This document shows, piece by piece, positions 17,957 through 28,397 of a DNA stretch of 44,838 nucleotides. The stretch is from an uncultured Nitrospiraceae bacterium (GTDB lineage Bacteria > Nitrospirota > Thermodesulfovibrionia > Thermodesulfovibrionales > Dissulfurispiraceae). The stretch is from positions 1 to 44,838 of the forward strand of contig CAMTVO010000038.1 in the NCBI GenBank assembly GCA_947085205.1. The letters are read 5' to 3'. The translations under genes were made by a program, and so were the position numbers. Numbering within the stretch: position 1 is the stretch's first letter; the number at the start of each line of letters is the position of its first letter. Below the pieces are notes generated by a model. The model saw only the letters and a program-made list of their open reading frames with translations, had not been told where the DNA came from and did no database searches.

Positions 17957-20491
17957 CTTTATGTGTTCTTTCACAAACTCTTCTATATACCAATCGGTAA
18001 TAGCATCATTATACATGACCATATCCAGTTGTTTAGTATAAACCGTCAGTTTTCCCAGCAGTTTAAGTTTTTCTTTAATAGTGGCTTTTTTGTATTTTGT
18101 AAGAGAGGCCTCTATTACATCTTCTGCTGCCTTAACCTTAAAGTCCATTGTTTTTAGTATCTCGGTTATGAGTCTGACCCTTCTCAGCCTTCTATCTGTG
18201 GAGGCGCCGCCGCCTTTGAAGAAATATCTTATGTAATTGTCATTTATATTTTCCCCTGCATATGTCTCTACTGTTGAGAGGTGGTAACCGAGCCTTATGG
18301 AGAAGTTCATGTATTCCCTGGAAACGAAGGCATAGCTTTTTTCTCCCGCCTTCATCAACTCGCCTTCGGGGGTTGTAACGGTGTGGGCCATCATTCCTAA
18401 GAATCCCTTTACATCAAACGGTCTTGCCTCGGGCCACTTCATGGAAACGAGTCCTTTTAAAAAGGCATTAAATGGGGCGGACTGGATATGCCGCGGCTCA
18501 ATTTTTGAATTTCCCCTCGCAAGACTGCCATTCAGATCAATCAAGTAGATATTCATTGGTATATCCGCCTCCAGCCTTACTGCTTCTCCAGCCTCCACAT
18601 AAGGCCTCTTTGTAATCCTGAACATCTCTTCCATTACCTTTTCATGGGCAAACCTTGTTATGTCATGGAGGGTCTTGCAGAATTCCGGTTTGAACTTTTT
18701 GGATTCAGGGTCAAATAAATTCAATGGTACAATCCATTTCAGGGTCTTCTCAAGGGTTTTAAAGACATGGGTATCTTTGAACGGATTTTCCATTTTTCCT
18801 GTAAATTCCTCCAACTCTTTCACAACGCCTTCGTATATATTGCAATTAAATGCATCTACGGTCAGTTCCTGTCCGTTTTTTATAATTTCTGTAGCGACTT
18901 CAGTATCCAGAACTGTCGGTACCTGAAATTCCCTCGCAAGGGATGCCATGTGACCCGCAACGCCTCCAACATCAGTGATAATGGCAGACGCCTTATTCAT
19001 GACAGTGACAAACTTTGTGGAAGTATGCCTTGCTACCAGCACAGCGCCATCCGGAAAGTTATTCAGGTCTTCTTCTGTCCGCACAATGTATGCCCTGCCG
19101 ATGCCTATCCCTTTACACGCAATAACCCCTTTGTCAATCAGTATGTTATATCCCTTGACGCGCATGGGAACAGGCTTTTTCATTTCCCTTTTGATTATCC
19201 TCAACGGTCTTGTCTGAAGAATATAAGACTGATTGTTTTTGTCAACGGCCCATTCTATGTCCTGGGGACAACCATAGTGTTTTTCTATAGACAGGGCGTA
19301 TCCGGCAAGGGTCTTTATCTGCTCGTCTGTAAGGGAAGGCTTCCCTTTTAGCGGTGCCGGTATAAGGATTTCCTCCAGACCTCCGTCTTGTTTGCAGAGG
19401 AGCATGGTCTCCTGTTGGGGTATCTTTTTTTCAATAATCTCGATATCAGGATACTTTGAGAGCATGTAAGTTTCCGGGGTTACTGTTCCCTCAGCAACAC
19501 ATTTGCCGAGTCCCATAATCGCGCTGATTATGACGGTGTCTTTTTCCGGGTTGTTGGGGTCCCTCGAGTACATAACCCCTCCTGCCCTCGCATCCACCAT
19601 ATTGAGTATGCCTACAGCCATGGCCATGTCGAGTTCCTGAAAGCCTTTTGTTTTATAGTAGAATATGGTCATTGGAGTGAAGAGGCTTGATATTACCTCT
19701 TTGTATCTCTGCATTATGAGATTGGAAGGCACATTCAGAAAGGTAGCATATTGACCTGCAAAGCTGAATTCCCCATCTTCCTGAAGCGCGCTGCTTCTAA
19801 CAGAGACCTTGATGTCATTGGCTCCGCCGTGAAGGTGTAAAATTGAGCCTTCTATTTCTTTTTCCATATCCAGAGGTATTTCTCCCATGAGAATCTGCTC
19901 CTGGATTTCCTGACTCGCTTTATTCAATGCCTCCATGCTGTCAACAGGAATTTCAGATATGATTTTATTTATCCTTTCAAGAAAGCCGTTGTGTTCCATG
20001 AATCTTTTGTAGGCATATGTGCTTATGGCAAAGCCTTCAGGGGTGAGGATATTGATAAGATTTCTGATTTCTCCGAGGTTGGCATTTTTTCCGCCCACCA
20101 TATTTATCATCTCTTTTCTTATTTCATTAAAGGTCAGGGTTATGCTGCAGGAAGGGATTGCCAGTCTTCTTATCAGCAGCTTTTCTATCTCAGAATTTAT
20201 TGCCTGAAATTTGTGAAATAAATCCTGATATTTCTCATTGGATACGGCATTCAGGTCATGGATGATATTTTTTACCCCTTCGGCAACCGACTTCACACCA
20301 TGCTCTATGTATTGCCTGTCAAAGAGGAATTCACCGGATAGCTTTTCCCTCATGTCTGCCATGAGCTCGAGGACGCGGTTATTCTCTGCTAACAGGCTCT
20401 GAAATTTATTAAATTTCCGCCTGAATGCCTCCGTAAGGGCATTTTTTTCCGCTTTCTTATCCGCTTTTTTGAAGATTTTCAAAAAATCCAT
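17954..20491 (-). CDS. PEP synthase/pyruvate,water dikinase-like protein (ATP-grasp + phospho-His swivel + atypical C-terminus)
   Basis: VGGKNANLGE, VRSSALQED-SFAGQY, PQDIEWA, ILQTRPL and swivel motif GGVAGHMASLARE. Confidence 0.88.
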   Translation of the reverse strand: MDFLKIFKKADKKAEKNALTEAFRRKFNKFQSLLAENNRVLELMADMREKLSGEFLFDRQYIEHGVKSVAEGVKNIIHDLNAVSNEKYQDLFHKFQAINSEIEKLLIRRLAIPSCSITLTFNEIRKEMINMVGGKNANLGEIRNLINILTPEGFAISTYAYKRFMEHNGFLERINKIISEIPVDSMEALNKASQEIQEQILMGEIPLDMEKEIEGSILHLHGGANDIKVSVRSSALQEDGEFSFAGQYATFLNVPSNLIMQRYKEVISSLFTPMTIFYYKTKGFQELDMAMAVGILNMVDARAGGVMYSRDPNNPEKDTVIISAIMGLGKCVAEGTVTPETYMLSKYPDIEIIEKKIPQQETMLLCKQDGGLEEILIPAPLKGKPSLTDEQIKTLAGYALSIEKHYGCPQDIEWAVDKNNQSYILQTRPLRIIKREMKKPVPMRVKGYNILIDKGVIACKGIGIGRAYIVRTEEDLNNFPDGAVLVARHTSTKFVTVMNKASAIITDVGGVAGHMASLAREFQVPTVLDTEVATEIIKNGQELTVDAFNCNIYEGVVKELEEFTGKMENPFKDTHVFKTLEKTLKWIVPLNLFDPESKKFKPEFCKTLHDITRFAHEKVMEEMFRITKRPYVEAGEAVRLEADIPMNIYLIDLNGSLARGNSKIEPRHIQSAPFNAFLKGLVSMKWPEARPFDVKGFLGMMAHTVTTPEGELMKAGEKSYAFVSREYMNFSIRLGYHLSTVETYAGENINDNYIRYFFKGGGASTDRRLRRVRLITEILKTMDFKVKAAEDVIEASLTKYKKATIKEKLKLLGKLTVYTKQLDMVMYNDAITDWYIEEFVKEHIK

Positions 20492-20558
20492 ATATTAATT
20501 ATACTCCAAAAGGGATGAAAAATTCATGTTTCAAAGAGACACAAAGGGTGATGAAAAT

Positions 20559-20629
20559 GTCATTCCCGACAACAAACAATGTCATTCCCCGACCCCCGAT
20601 CGCAGTCGAGGGCATGCTTGATCAGGGGG
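20559..20629. repeat. Degenerate REP-like element(s)
   Basis: Two GTCATTCCC starts (20559, 20581) with a CCCCGA...TCAGGGG hairpin. Confidence 0.55.
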
Positions 20630-20778
20630 TAAGAAAAGTGATTTATTCCATAATTTAACTGTCGCACTATAATTCTGTCGCTCTAATTAACTAATGTCGT
20701 TTTGTCGCACAAAGGTGGCGTATGAATTTAATTCTTACCATGCCTGCTCATGATTAACGTTCAATTGCATTTTTCGGG

Positions 20779-20845
20779 TTGACAAGTAATTTGAACGATA
20801 TATATCATTATAATGTTTTTATTAATAATATACTAACATTATAAG
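20779..20845 (+). promoter_or_regulatory. Promoter and candidate operators of gntR
   Basis: TTGACA-N18-TATCAT; palindrome CATTATAATG (20806-20815) and variant CATTATAAG (20837-20845). Confidence 0.55.
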
Positions 20846-20853
20846 ATTATTTT

Positions 20854-21594
20854 ATGACAAACAAGGTAATTAACAGGGATAGTTTACAAAAACTCTATCT
20901 TCAGCTTTACGAAATCCTGAAGGAGAAGATAGAGAGCGGCGAATGGACTGTGGGGTCTCAGATACCCACAGAAGATGAATTATGCAGGACCTATGATGTA
21001 AGTAAGGCAACCGTAAGACTTGCTGTAGCAGAATTGGTAAAGGACGGGTATCTGAGGAGGCAGCAGGGTAAAGGGACATTTGTCTGTAAGAGAATAATCC
21101 CCGAAGGACTCTCAATGCTGACGAGCTTTAAGGAACTGATGCTTGAGGCAGGCGTAGAGTTTACAACAAAGATACTTGCACAGACAGTGATGATGCCCAC
21201 TGATGACCTCAGCATTAAACTGAATGTCCCTGGTGACAGGCATATCATTTATATAAAGAGATTAAGGATGGTTGACGGCGATCCCATCTTACTTCAGGAG
21301 ACATATATACCTTATAATAGATGTCCGCACCTTCTGAATGAGGACTTAACCGCCGGTTCCGTGCTTGAGATTATCGAGGGCAGATGCGGTGTTAAAATAA
21401 CGAGGGTTCAGGACTATATAGGGATGGTGGAGGTGAGCGATGAAGAAGGGGGTCTCATTGGATTGAAGGACGGGGTGTGCGCATTGCTCCTGGAGCAGTA
21501 TTTTTATTCAGGAGATGAACAGATAAAATACACACGCTCTGTTAAAAGGCCTGACAGGTTTAGATTTTTTATAAAACTTGAGAGAAAAGTTTAA
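20854..21594 (+). CDS. GntR family (HutC/UTRA) transcriptional regulator
   Basis: LYLQL...IPTEDELCRTYDVSKATVR...QGKGTFV plus UTRA domain. Confidence 0.95.
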   Translation: MTNKVINRDSLQKLYLQLYEILKEKIESGEWTVGSQIPTEDELCRTYDVSKATVRLAVAELVKDGYLRRQQGKGTFVCKRIIPEGLSMLTSFKELMLEAGVEFTTKILAQTVMMPTDDLSIKLNVPGDRHIIYIKRLRMVDGDPILLQETYIPYNRCPHLLNEDLTAGSVLEIIEGRCGVKITRVQDYIGMVEVSDEEGGLIGLKDGVCALLLEQYFYSGDEQIKYTRSVKRPDRFRFFIKLERKV

Positions 21595-21614
21595 AATGAT
21601 AAGAAGGAGGATTT

Positions 21615-22136
21615 ATGTCAAGCGGTAAGACTGTGAAGGAACTAATGGTAGATGCCTTTACCTTTCCACATATTCCCTATTGGTTTACCATTAAGGAAGC
21701 CATGTGGATTATCAAGAAGGCCTTTTTGGAAGGTGAAAAATGTGTAAGACCTATGGTTGTGCTCGTATTTGACGAAAAGTATAACCTCGTTGGCACTCTG
21801 ACACCGCGGCGGGTACTGAGGGGACTTGAGCCTAAATTCATGAAAACCTCCGCAAATATTGAAGGTATTGCCCCGGATGAATCCCTGCTTTCTATAATCT
21901 GGGATACCCTTTATTATACGGAATCAAAAAATCTCTCAGAATATCCTGTGACAGAGGTGATGAAGCCTATCCAGTTTTTTGTGGAACCAGACGACCCCGT
22001 TACAAAGGCATCATATATTATGATCCGCAATGATCTTATCGTACTGCCCGTTTTGGAAAAAAAGAAGAAATTGGTCGGTATAATAACTACCCTTGATATC
22101 TTTACTGACTTGTCAAATATTGTTTTGAATGAATAA
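21615..22136 (+). CDS. CBS-pair domain protein
   Basis: TVKELM...VFDEKYNLVGTLT and LPVLEKKKKLVGIIT. Confidence 0.85.
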   Translation: MSSGKTVKELMVDAFTFPHIPYWFTIKEAMWIIKKAFLEGEKCVRPMVVLVFDEKYNLVGTLTPRRVLRGLEPKFMKTSANIEGIAPDESLLSIIWDTLYYTESKNLSEYPVTEVMKPIQFFVEPDDPVTKASYIMIRNDLIVLPVLEKKKKLVGIITTLDIFTDLSNIVLNE

Positions 22137-22168
22137 GAACTGAAATTTTAAAAACCCGAGGAGATAGA

Positions 22169-23671
22169 ATGTCAGATAAAAGAGGATTGCCAACACCGCC
22201 AAAAGATATGTTGATATCAATTCCAAAGATCAAGATTGACTGGAAAAGGATATTTTTTATTCTATTGGGATTAGGTGTCTTTTTGTTTGTTTATTTTATG
22301 CCTCAATGGAAGGACGCGGTTGACCCGACAGGCAAGGCTTTTTCTCTAACAAAAGAGGGTAAAGGCGCTATAGCATTATTTTTACTGGCAGGCATATGGT
22401 GGGTATTTGAGGTTGTTCCTATAGGAGTTACAGCAATTGCCATAGGCGTATTTCAGGCGCTATTTGCCATACGTCCTGCTAAAGAGGCATTCAGGGACTT
22501 TATGGACCCATCCGTAATGTTCATCTTCGGCTCTGTAGTTGTGGGGGCGGCATTCACAAAATCAGGGCTTACAAAACGAATAGCCTATAAGATGCTCGGC
22601 ATAGTCGGCGAAAAGACAAGCATGATACTTCTCGGCTCTCTTGTGTTGACAGCAGGACTCGCCCATCTTATGGCGCATACAGCAGCAGCGGCAACTGTGT
22701 TCCCTATACTTTTAGCAATATATGCCCTTTACGGTGAAGGAGATAAAAAGACAAGGTTCGGCAAGGCGCTTTTCATTGGAATGGCTTATGCTGCGGGCGC
22801 GGGCAGTATTATCACATTTTTAGGAGCTGCGAGAGGTCCTGCTGCAGCAGGAATGTTTAAGGAGTTTACAGGGAGGGATATAGGTTTTTTTGACCTCACG
22901 CTGAATATGTTTCTCATTGGATGGCTCATGGTCTTTTTGATATGGGGCTATCTAATGATATTTTTAAAGCCTGAAAAGAATGTTATACATGGCCTGAAAG
23001 ACAAGGTTAAACGCCTCTCAAAAGAATTAGGACCGATGAATTTCAATGAAAAGTTTGTTATTGTTGCCGTGATACTGGTTGTAATTGTAATGGCAATGCA
23101 GTCCTTTGTACCGGCCTTAAAGCCTCTTGATAGGGCAGCTATCATGCTGGTTTCTACGCTCTTGTTCTTTATATTCAAAGTGCTTACAGTCAAAGAGCTT
23201 GAAGAGATTCCGTGGAATATCATACTTCTGTTCAGCGGCGCTATGAGTATCGGCTTTTGCTTATGGAAGACAGGCGCCGCCCAGTGGATGGCTGTCAACT
23301 GGCTTGCCATGTTTAAAGATGCCCACTGGATGGTATTTGTTTTGAGCATTGCAACATTTGTATTGCTAATGACCAACTTCATTATGAATGTCGCTGCAAT
23401 CGCAATATCATTGCCGGTCTCGCTTGTTGTAGCTCAATATTTAGGCGTTGCGCCTGATGTTATCTTTTATTCATCTCTGGTTACAGCGGGAATGCCGTTT
23501 TTGCTTCTAATAGGAGCCGCGCCAAATGCTATTGCATATGAATCAAAACAGTTTACAACAGGCGAGTTTTTTAAGCACGGGATACCGATGAGTATTATAT
23601 TGATACTGGTTCTCGGTGTAGCTTTGGTTACAATCTGGCCGATTTTGGGGATGCCGATATTGATTAAATAG
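22169..23671 (+). CDS. SLC13/DASS family anion permease
   Basis: WWVFEVVPIG, IPWNIILLFSGA and PNAIAY motifs; many TM helices. Confidence 0.9.
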   Translation: MSDKRGLPTPPKDMLISIPKIKIDWKRIFFILLGLGVFLFVYFMPQWKDAVDPTGKAFSLTKEGKGAIALFLLAGIWWVFEVVPIGVTAIAIGVFQALFAIRPAKEAFRDFMDPSVMFIFGSVVVGAAFTKSGLTKRIAYKMLGIVGEKTSMILLGSLVLTAGLAHLMAHTAAAATVFPILLAIYALYGEGDKKTRFGKALFIGMAYAAGAGSIITFLGAARGPAAAGMFKEFTGRDIGFFDLTLNMFLIGWLMVFLIWGYLMIFLKPEKNVIHGLKDKVKRLSKELGPMNFNEKFVIVAVILVVIVMAMQSFVPALKPLDRAAIMLVSTLLFFIFKVLTVKELEEIPWNIILLFSGAMSIGFCLWKTGAAQWMAVNWLAMFKDAHWMVFVLSIATFVLLMTNFIMNVAAIAISLPVSLVVAQYLGVAPDVIFYSSLVTAGMPFLLLIGAAPNAIAYESKQFTTGEFFKHGIPMSIILILVLGVALVTIWPILGMPILIK

Positions 23672-23724
23672 TGACAGTGATTAGTGTTAGAAAAAAACTG
23701 ACACCGAAAACTGACACTGACACT
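23670..23724. repeat. Inverted AGTGTC/ACTGAC repeat element
   Basis: AGTGACAGTGATTAGTGTTAG ... ACTGACACC...ACTGACACTGACAC; same family as the insert at 24164-24240. Confidence 0.65.
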
Positions 23725-23738
23725 TATAGGGAGGATAT

Positions 23739-24515
23739 ATGGGATTTGGAGATGTTTTAAAGAGATGCTTTGACAGGGTATTCACAGAGGTTGATTTTGT
23801 GGAAAAGACATATACTGAACTAAACAAATTAGGGTTTAATGCTGATAACTCAATCGCCTGTGTTGGAATTTGCCGTGATGAAATCAGCCAAGCGCTTACC
23901 GAATCAGTGAATAAAAAATGGGGTTATGCCTTTAATCTTTCAAGCCTTGCAGGGATGTTCTTTGCAGGAAAGACAGGTCTGCTGGCAGCAATGCACCATT
24001 CTCCGATTGTTGATGGAAAGGAAAGATATGTGTTTTATGTAATGCCGCACATAGCGATTGATAATGAGGGGAGAATAGGGGTTTGTAAAAGGCAGGGCAG
24101 AGAAGGAGATTCAATAGCTTGTGGCGCATTGAATGCGTTTCAGAAAGAGATAATGATAAAAGAAGTGTCAGTGTCTGTGAACAGTGTCAGTGACAACAAA
24201 TCAAAAGATAAACTGACACCGACACTAATCACTGACACTGCCTTTAATGACGACATAGAATACAGTCTTATAAAAATACGGCTTTCAAAAGAAATTCCAT
24301 CTGGCAATGTCCCTGACCTGCTGGAACTTACAAAAATAACACAAAAGGCTATTCAGGCAGACCTTGAGAGCGCTTTGAAGGCAACAGTTGATACTAATAA
24401 AAGTGATTATGCGGTAATTTCAGGCATTCAGATACATGGGCATGACGGCAATCATGTAAGTCCTGTTTCATGTTATGCGGTGCTTAATGGATTGAGAAAC
24501 GAAATCAAATTGTGA
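23739..24515 (+). CDS. LCIB/C-family (theta-class) carbonic anhydrase-like protein
   Basis: ICRDE, F-x-L-x-x-LAG-x-x-FAGKTG, PHIAI and SIACGAL give the Cys-His-Cys Zn ligand pattern of the LCIB family. Confidence 0.85.
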   Translation: MGFGDVLKRCFDRVFTEVDFVEKTYTELNKLGFNADNSIACVGICRDEISQALTESVNKKWGYAFNLSSLAGMFFAGKTGLLAAMHHSPIVDGKERYVFYVMPHIAIDNEGRIGVCKRQGREGDSIACGALNAFQKEIMIKEVSVSVNSVSDNKSKDKLTPTLITDTAFNDDIEYSLIKIRLSKEIPSGNVPDLLELTKITQKAIQADLESALKATVDTNKSDYAVISGIQIHGHDGNHVSPVSCYAVLNGLRNEIKL

Positions 24516-24550
24516 GTGAATCATGAAATTACCGGAAAGGAGATTTTAGA

Positions 24551-25972
24551 GTGAGGAAAATATTATTTTCAGCAGGTCTTTTTCTCTTAATTCCTTTATC
24601 CCCTGCTTTTGCTGGAGGACAATACCCTAATATAGGCGAAACACTGCCCCTTTACAGCGTAATACCTTTTGTTGGAATGCTTTTATCAATAGCCCTTTTC
24701 CCGCTTCTGGCGCCAAAATTCTGGCATCACCATTTTGGCAAGGTTTCTGCATTCTGGGCAGTGGTTATTGCTGTTCCATTACTGATAAGTTATAAAGGGA
24801 CGGCGGTCTATGAAATACTCCATATAGTCCTTGCGGATTATGTGCCGTTTATTATACTTCTTGGGGCATTATACACTGTATCAGGCGGTATTTTATTGAA
24901 GGGGACACTGACAGGCACGCCTGTTGTTAATACTACAATGCTGACAATAGGCACCCTGCTTGCTTCATGGATGGGCACTGCAGGTGCTGCTATGCTACTT
25001 ATCCGCCCATTTTTAAGGGCAAACGCCCACCGTAAAAATCGGGCATTTATGGTTGTGTTCTTTATTTTCCTCGTGGCTAATATCGGCGGTTCTCTTACCC
25101 CGCTCGGCGATCCGCCGCTCTTTTTGGGGTTCCTGCGCGGAGTGCCGTTTTTCTGGACATTCAATCTGCTTTTTCCCATGCTTATTGCTGCTGGTATGCT
25201 GTTGATACTGTATTTCATCCTTGATACATATTTTTATAAGAAAGAGGGGATTGTCTCACCGCCTGATAATGAGACAAAAGAGCCGATAAGGCTTGAGGGT
25301 TCGCATAACTTTATATTTCTGGCAGGCATAATTGGCGCTGTTCTGATGAGCGGGATGGCAAAGTGGGGGGAGGTATCAATATTGGGTATTCACAGGGGTA
25401 TTCAGGATGTTGTCAGGGATGGATTATTGATATTAATGGCAGTCCTTTCCATGATATTTACTCCGAAAGTGGTAAGGGAAGATAACGCCTTTACATGGTT
25501 TCCCATAAAAGAGGTTGCCATACTCTTTATAGGAATATTCCTCACAATGATACCATGCCTTAAAATACTTCAGGCAGGCGCAAAAGGAGAGTTGGCATTT
25601 ATCATTTCAGCGGTGAGGGAACCTGTGCACTATTTCTGGATAACAGGCTCTCTCTCTGCTTTCCTTGATAATGCACCCACATATCTGACATTTCTGAGTA
25701 CGGCAATGGGAGGTTTTTACCCTGGCATTCCAGAAAGTCAGGCAGTCGCTCTTCTCATAAAGGAAAACCCAATTTATTTGTTGGCAATATCAGTAGGCGC
25801 GGTGTTTTTTGGAGCCGTTACATATATAGGGAATGCCCCGAACTTTATGGTGCGCTCTATAGCAGAGGAGGCAGGAACGCCAATGCCGAGCTTTTTTGGG
25901 TATATGCTGAAATATTCTTTCCCAATATTGTTAATAGTTTTTGTTTTAATAACCCTAATTTTCTTTATCTGA
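24551..25972 (+). CDS. Putative sodium:proton antiporter (IT superfamily)
   Basis: ANIGGSLTPLGDPPLFLGF, FLDNAPTY and TYIGNAPNFMV motifs; GTG start. Confidence 0.85.
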   Translation: MRKILFSAGLFLLIPLSPAFAGGQYPNIGETLPLYSVIPFVGMLLSIALFPLLAPKFWHHHFGKVSAFWAVVIAVPLLISYKGTAVYEILHIVLADYVPFIILLGALYTVSGGILLKGTLTGTPVVNTTMLTIGTLLASWMGTAGAAMLLIRPFLRANAHRKNRAFMVVFFIFLVANIGGSLTPLGDPPLFLGFLRGVPFFWTFNLLFPMLIAAGMLLILYFILDTYFYKKEGIVSPPDNETKEPIRLEGSHNFIFLAGIIGAVLMSGMAKWGEVSILGIHRGIQDVVRDGLLILMAVLSMIFTPKVVREDNAFTWFPIKEVAILFIGIFLTMIPCLKILQAGAKGELAFIISAVREPVHYFWITGSLSAFLDNAPTYLTFLSTAMGGFYPGIPESQAVALLIKENPIYLLAISVGAVFFGAVTYIGNAPNFMVRSIAEEAGTPMPSFFGYMLKYSFPILLIVFVLITLIFFI

Positions 25973-25985
25973 AAGGAGAGAAATT

Positions 25986-26873
25986 ATGAAGATAGAAAAG
26001 ATACTTTACCCCACAAAATTTAGAGAGCTTGCCTTCAATGCCCTTGAATCCCTGCTTACATTAAAAGAGGTAGGATTAAAGGAGGTTATACTTTATTATG
26101 TGATACCGAGGGAGGAGGTCGGCTTTGTTCCTTATGGCGGCTATCTCAAGGAAGAAGAGGAGCGGATAAGAGAAGAGGCTCGAATAAGGTTTGAAGACTG
26201 GCAGAAGACATTGTCTGCAAACGGCATAGGCAGCAAGATAATAATAGAGGTGGGCGAGCCTGTTGCCAATATACTAAGGATTGCAGAAAAGGAGAGGGTT
26301 GATTTAATAGTAGTCGGCAGGAAGAAGAGGACAGGGACGGAGAAGCCCTTTGTCGGCTCACGCACTCTGCAGATTATAACAAGGAGCAAGATACCCGCAC
26401 TGGTCAGTAAATATATGGTTCAGTTTGAGTGGGATGGAGAAATGGTGACCCGTCTTAATGATGACATATTCAGGAGACCACTACTCGCCACAGACTGGTC
26501 GGAGCCGTCAGAAAGGGCATTGGAAACACTCGCATCCTTTAATGGATTAATAGAAAAGGCATTTGTTTGTCATGTTATTTGCGTGAAGATTTCAAAGGGT
26601 CTGGATAAATCAGAACTGTATCGTATTGAAAGGGAGAGTAAGGAAAGGCTCGAAGATTACTGCAAAAGGCTGAAGGCTTCCGGCATAGAGGCAGAACCCC
26701 ATTTAGGCGCGGGCAGGACGCCTCTTGAGATAATAAGGATATCGAGGGAGTTGAAGGCAAGCATGATCATTATGGGGACAACAGGCAAAGACCGCCTCCA
26801 TGAGATATGGCTCGGAAGCGTATCTCATAGAATTGTGGAGATATCGGAATTGCCGACCTTGCTGGTGCCGTAG
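25986..26873 (+). CDS. Tandem-domain universal stress protein
   Basis: Two USP domains (DLIVVG...VGS; MIIMG...LGSVS). Confidence 0.92.
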   Translation: MKIEKILYPTKFRELAFNALESLLTLKEVGLKEVILYYVIPREEVGFVPYGGYLKEEEERIREEARIRFEDWQKTLSANGIGSKIIIEVGEPVANILRIAEKERVDLIVVGRKKRTGTEKPFVGSRTLQIITRSKIPALVSKYMVQFEWDGEMVTRLNDDIFRRPLLATDWSEPSERALETLASFNGLIEKAFVCHVICVKISKGLDKSELYRIERESKERLEDYCKRLKASGIEAEPHLGAGRTPLEIIRISRELKASMIIMGTTGKDRLHEIWLGSVSHRIVEISELPTLLVP

Positions 26874-26906
26874 ATTTAGTAAAGACATTCAAGGATATTT
26901 TTAATA

Positions 26907-28397
26907 GTGAAAATAAGGAAAAAACTTTTTTTGGGTTTTGGTCTTTATATTATACTCGCAACAATTCTTGGCTTTCTGGCATACAAAGAATTGCAGATAA
27001 TCACTACCAGATTAACCGTTGTTGAAATAGCTGATGACATAACCAATACGATTCTTGAGGTAAGGAGATACGAGAAAAATTTTCTTCTGTACAAGGATAG
27101 AGAAGACTTCCATGAACTGAAAAAATATCTCGCTGCATTAAAAAAGAATATCGATAACATCAGGACTGAGATAATTAATGAATTTGGGACTGATAACTAC
27201 AATATGATGAAAGAATCAATAGCAGAATATGAATATCTATTTGACAGGATTGCAGAAAACCTCAGAGCACACGAAGGACTTTATAAAAACGAGAAGGATT
27301 CTATTGATAAGATGAGATTAAAGGCAAGGGAGATACAATCCTTTACAGAGAACCTTTTAAAGAGGGAAAGGGAAACTATAAATTCTTTATTAAAAAGCTC
27401 CGTAAGGCTGCTTTTATTTGCAATTTTAATAATCATGGTATTAGGGACTGTCATAAATATAAAGCTCGGAGCAAGTATTGCAGCCCCTATAAGAAGTCTT
27501 GAAGAGGCAACAAGGAAGGTTGCAAAAGGAGATTTTTCACAGCGTTTGAATTTAAAGGGTAAAGACGAGATTGCGTCGCTGGGGGCATCTTTTAATCAGA
27601 TGGAGGAAAGGCTTCAGGAAACCATGAGTTCCCTTGAACTCGCCGTAGAAAGGTTGCATGAAAAACAGGCTCAGCTCATTGAGACGGAAAAATTAGCCAC
27701 CCTTGGAAAGTTTGCCGCGGGTGTGGCTCATGAAATCAACAATCCCCTTGCCATAATCAATGAGAAGGCAGGACTGATGAAGGACATTATCGAATTATCT
27801 CATGATTTCCCTAATAAAGATAAATTTTTAAATTTGCTGAACGCTGTATTTGATAATGTAAATCGTTGCAGTGTAATCACACACAGGATACTCGGTTTTG
27901 CGCGAAAAGCAGATATTACTCCTGAACTCATTGATATTAATAGTCTTCTGGGGAACGTAATTAAGTTTCTTGAACAGGACATCATGCTTAAAGGCATCAG
28001 CCTGAAGCTCGATATGGAAAAAGCCATTCCGCCTTTAAGAAGCGACAGAATACAGCTTGAACAGGTATTTCTAAACATAATAAAGAATGCAATAGATGCA
28101 GTAGAAGATGGAGGGATTGTCAGAATTTCCACTGATATAAAGGATAACAATACAATTCAGGTTGCCGTTCAGGACAATGGACACGGCATCTCAAAGGAAA
28201 TCCTGAGACATATTTTTGAGCCTTTCTTTACAACCAAAGAGAAGAGTAAGGGAACCGGGCTTGGCCTTTCCATAGCCTATGGAATTGTAAGGAGGATAGG
28301 TGGAAACATAGTCGTTGAGAGCGAGGTAAATAAAGGGACTACCTTTACTGTAGAGATACCATTGCAGACCGAATTGCATGGAGGAGAAAATATATGA
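26907..28397 (+). CDS. HAMP-domain sensor histidine kinase
   Basis: 2 TM segments, helical periplasmic domain, HAMP, AHEINNPL, DNGHGI and GTGLGL. Confidence 0.93.
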   Translation: MKIRKKLFLGFGLYIILATILGFLAYKELQIITTRLTVVEIADDITNTILEVRRYEKNFLLYKDREDFHELKKYLAALKKNIDNIRTEIINEFGTDNYNMMKESIAEYEYLFDRIAENLRAHEGLYKNEKDSIDKMRLKAREIQSFTENLLKRERETINSLLKSSVRLLLFAILIIMVLGTVINIKLGASIAAPIRSLEEATRKVAKGDFSQRLNLKGKDEIASLGASFNQMEERLQETMSSLELAVERLHEKQAQLIETEKLATLGKFAAGVAHEINNPLAIINEKAGLMKDIIELSHDFPNKDKFLNLLNAVFDNVNRCSVITHRILGFARKADITPELIDINSLLGNVIKFLEQDIMLKGISLKLDMEKAIPPLRSDRIQLEQVFLNIIKNAIDAVEDGGIVRISTDIKDNNTIQVAVQDNGHGISKEILRHIFEPFFTTKEKSKGTGLGLSIAYGIVRRIGGNIVVESEVNKGTTFTVEIPLQTELHGGENI

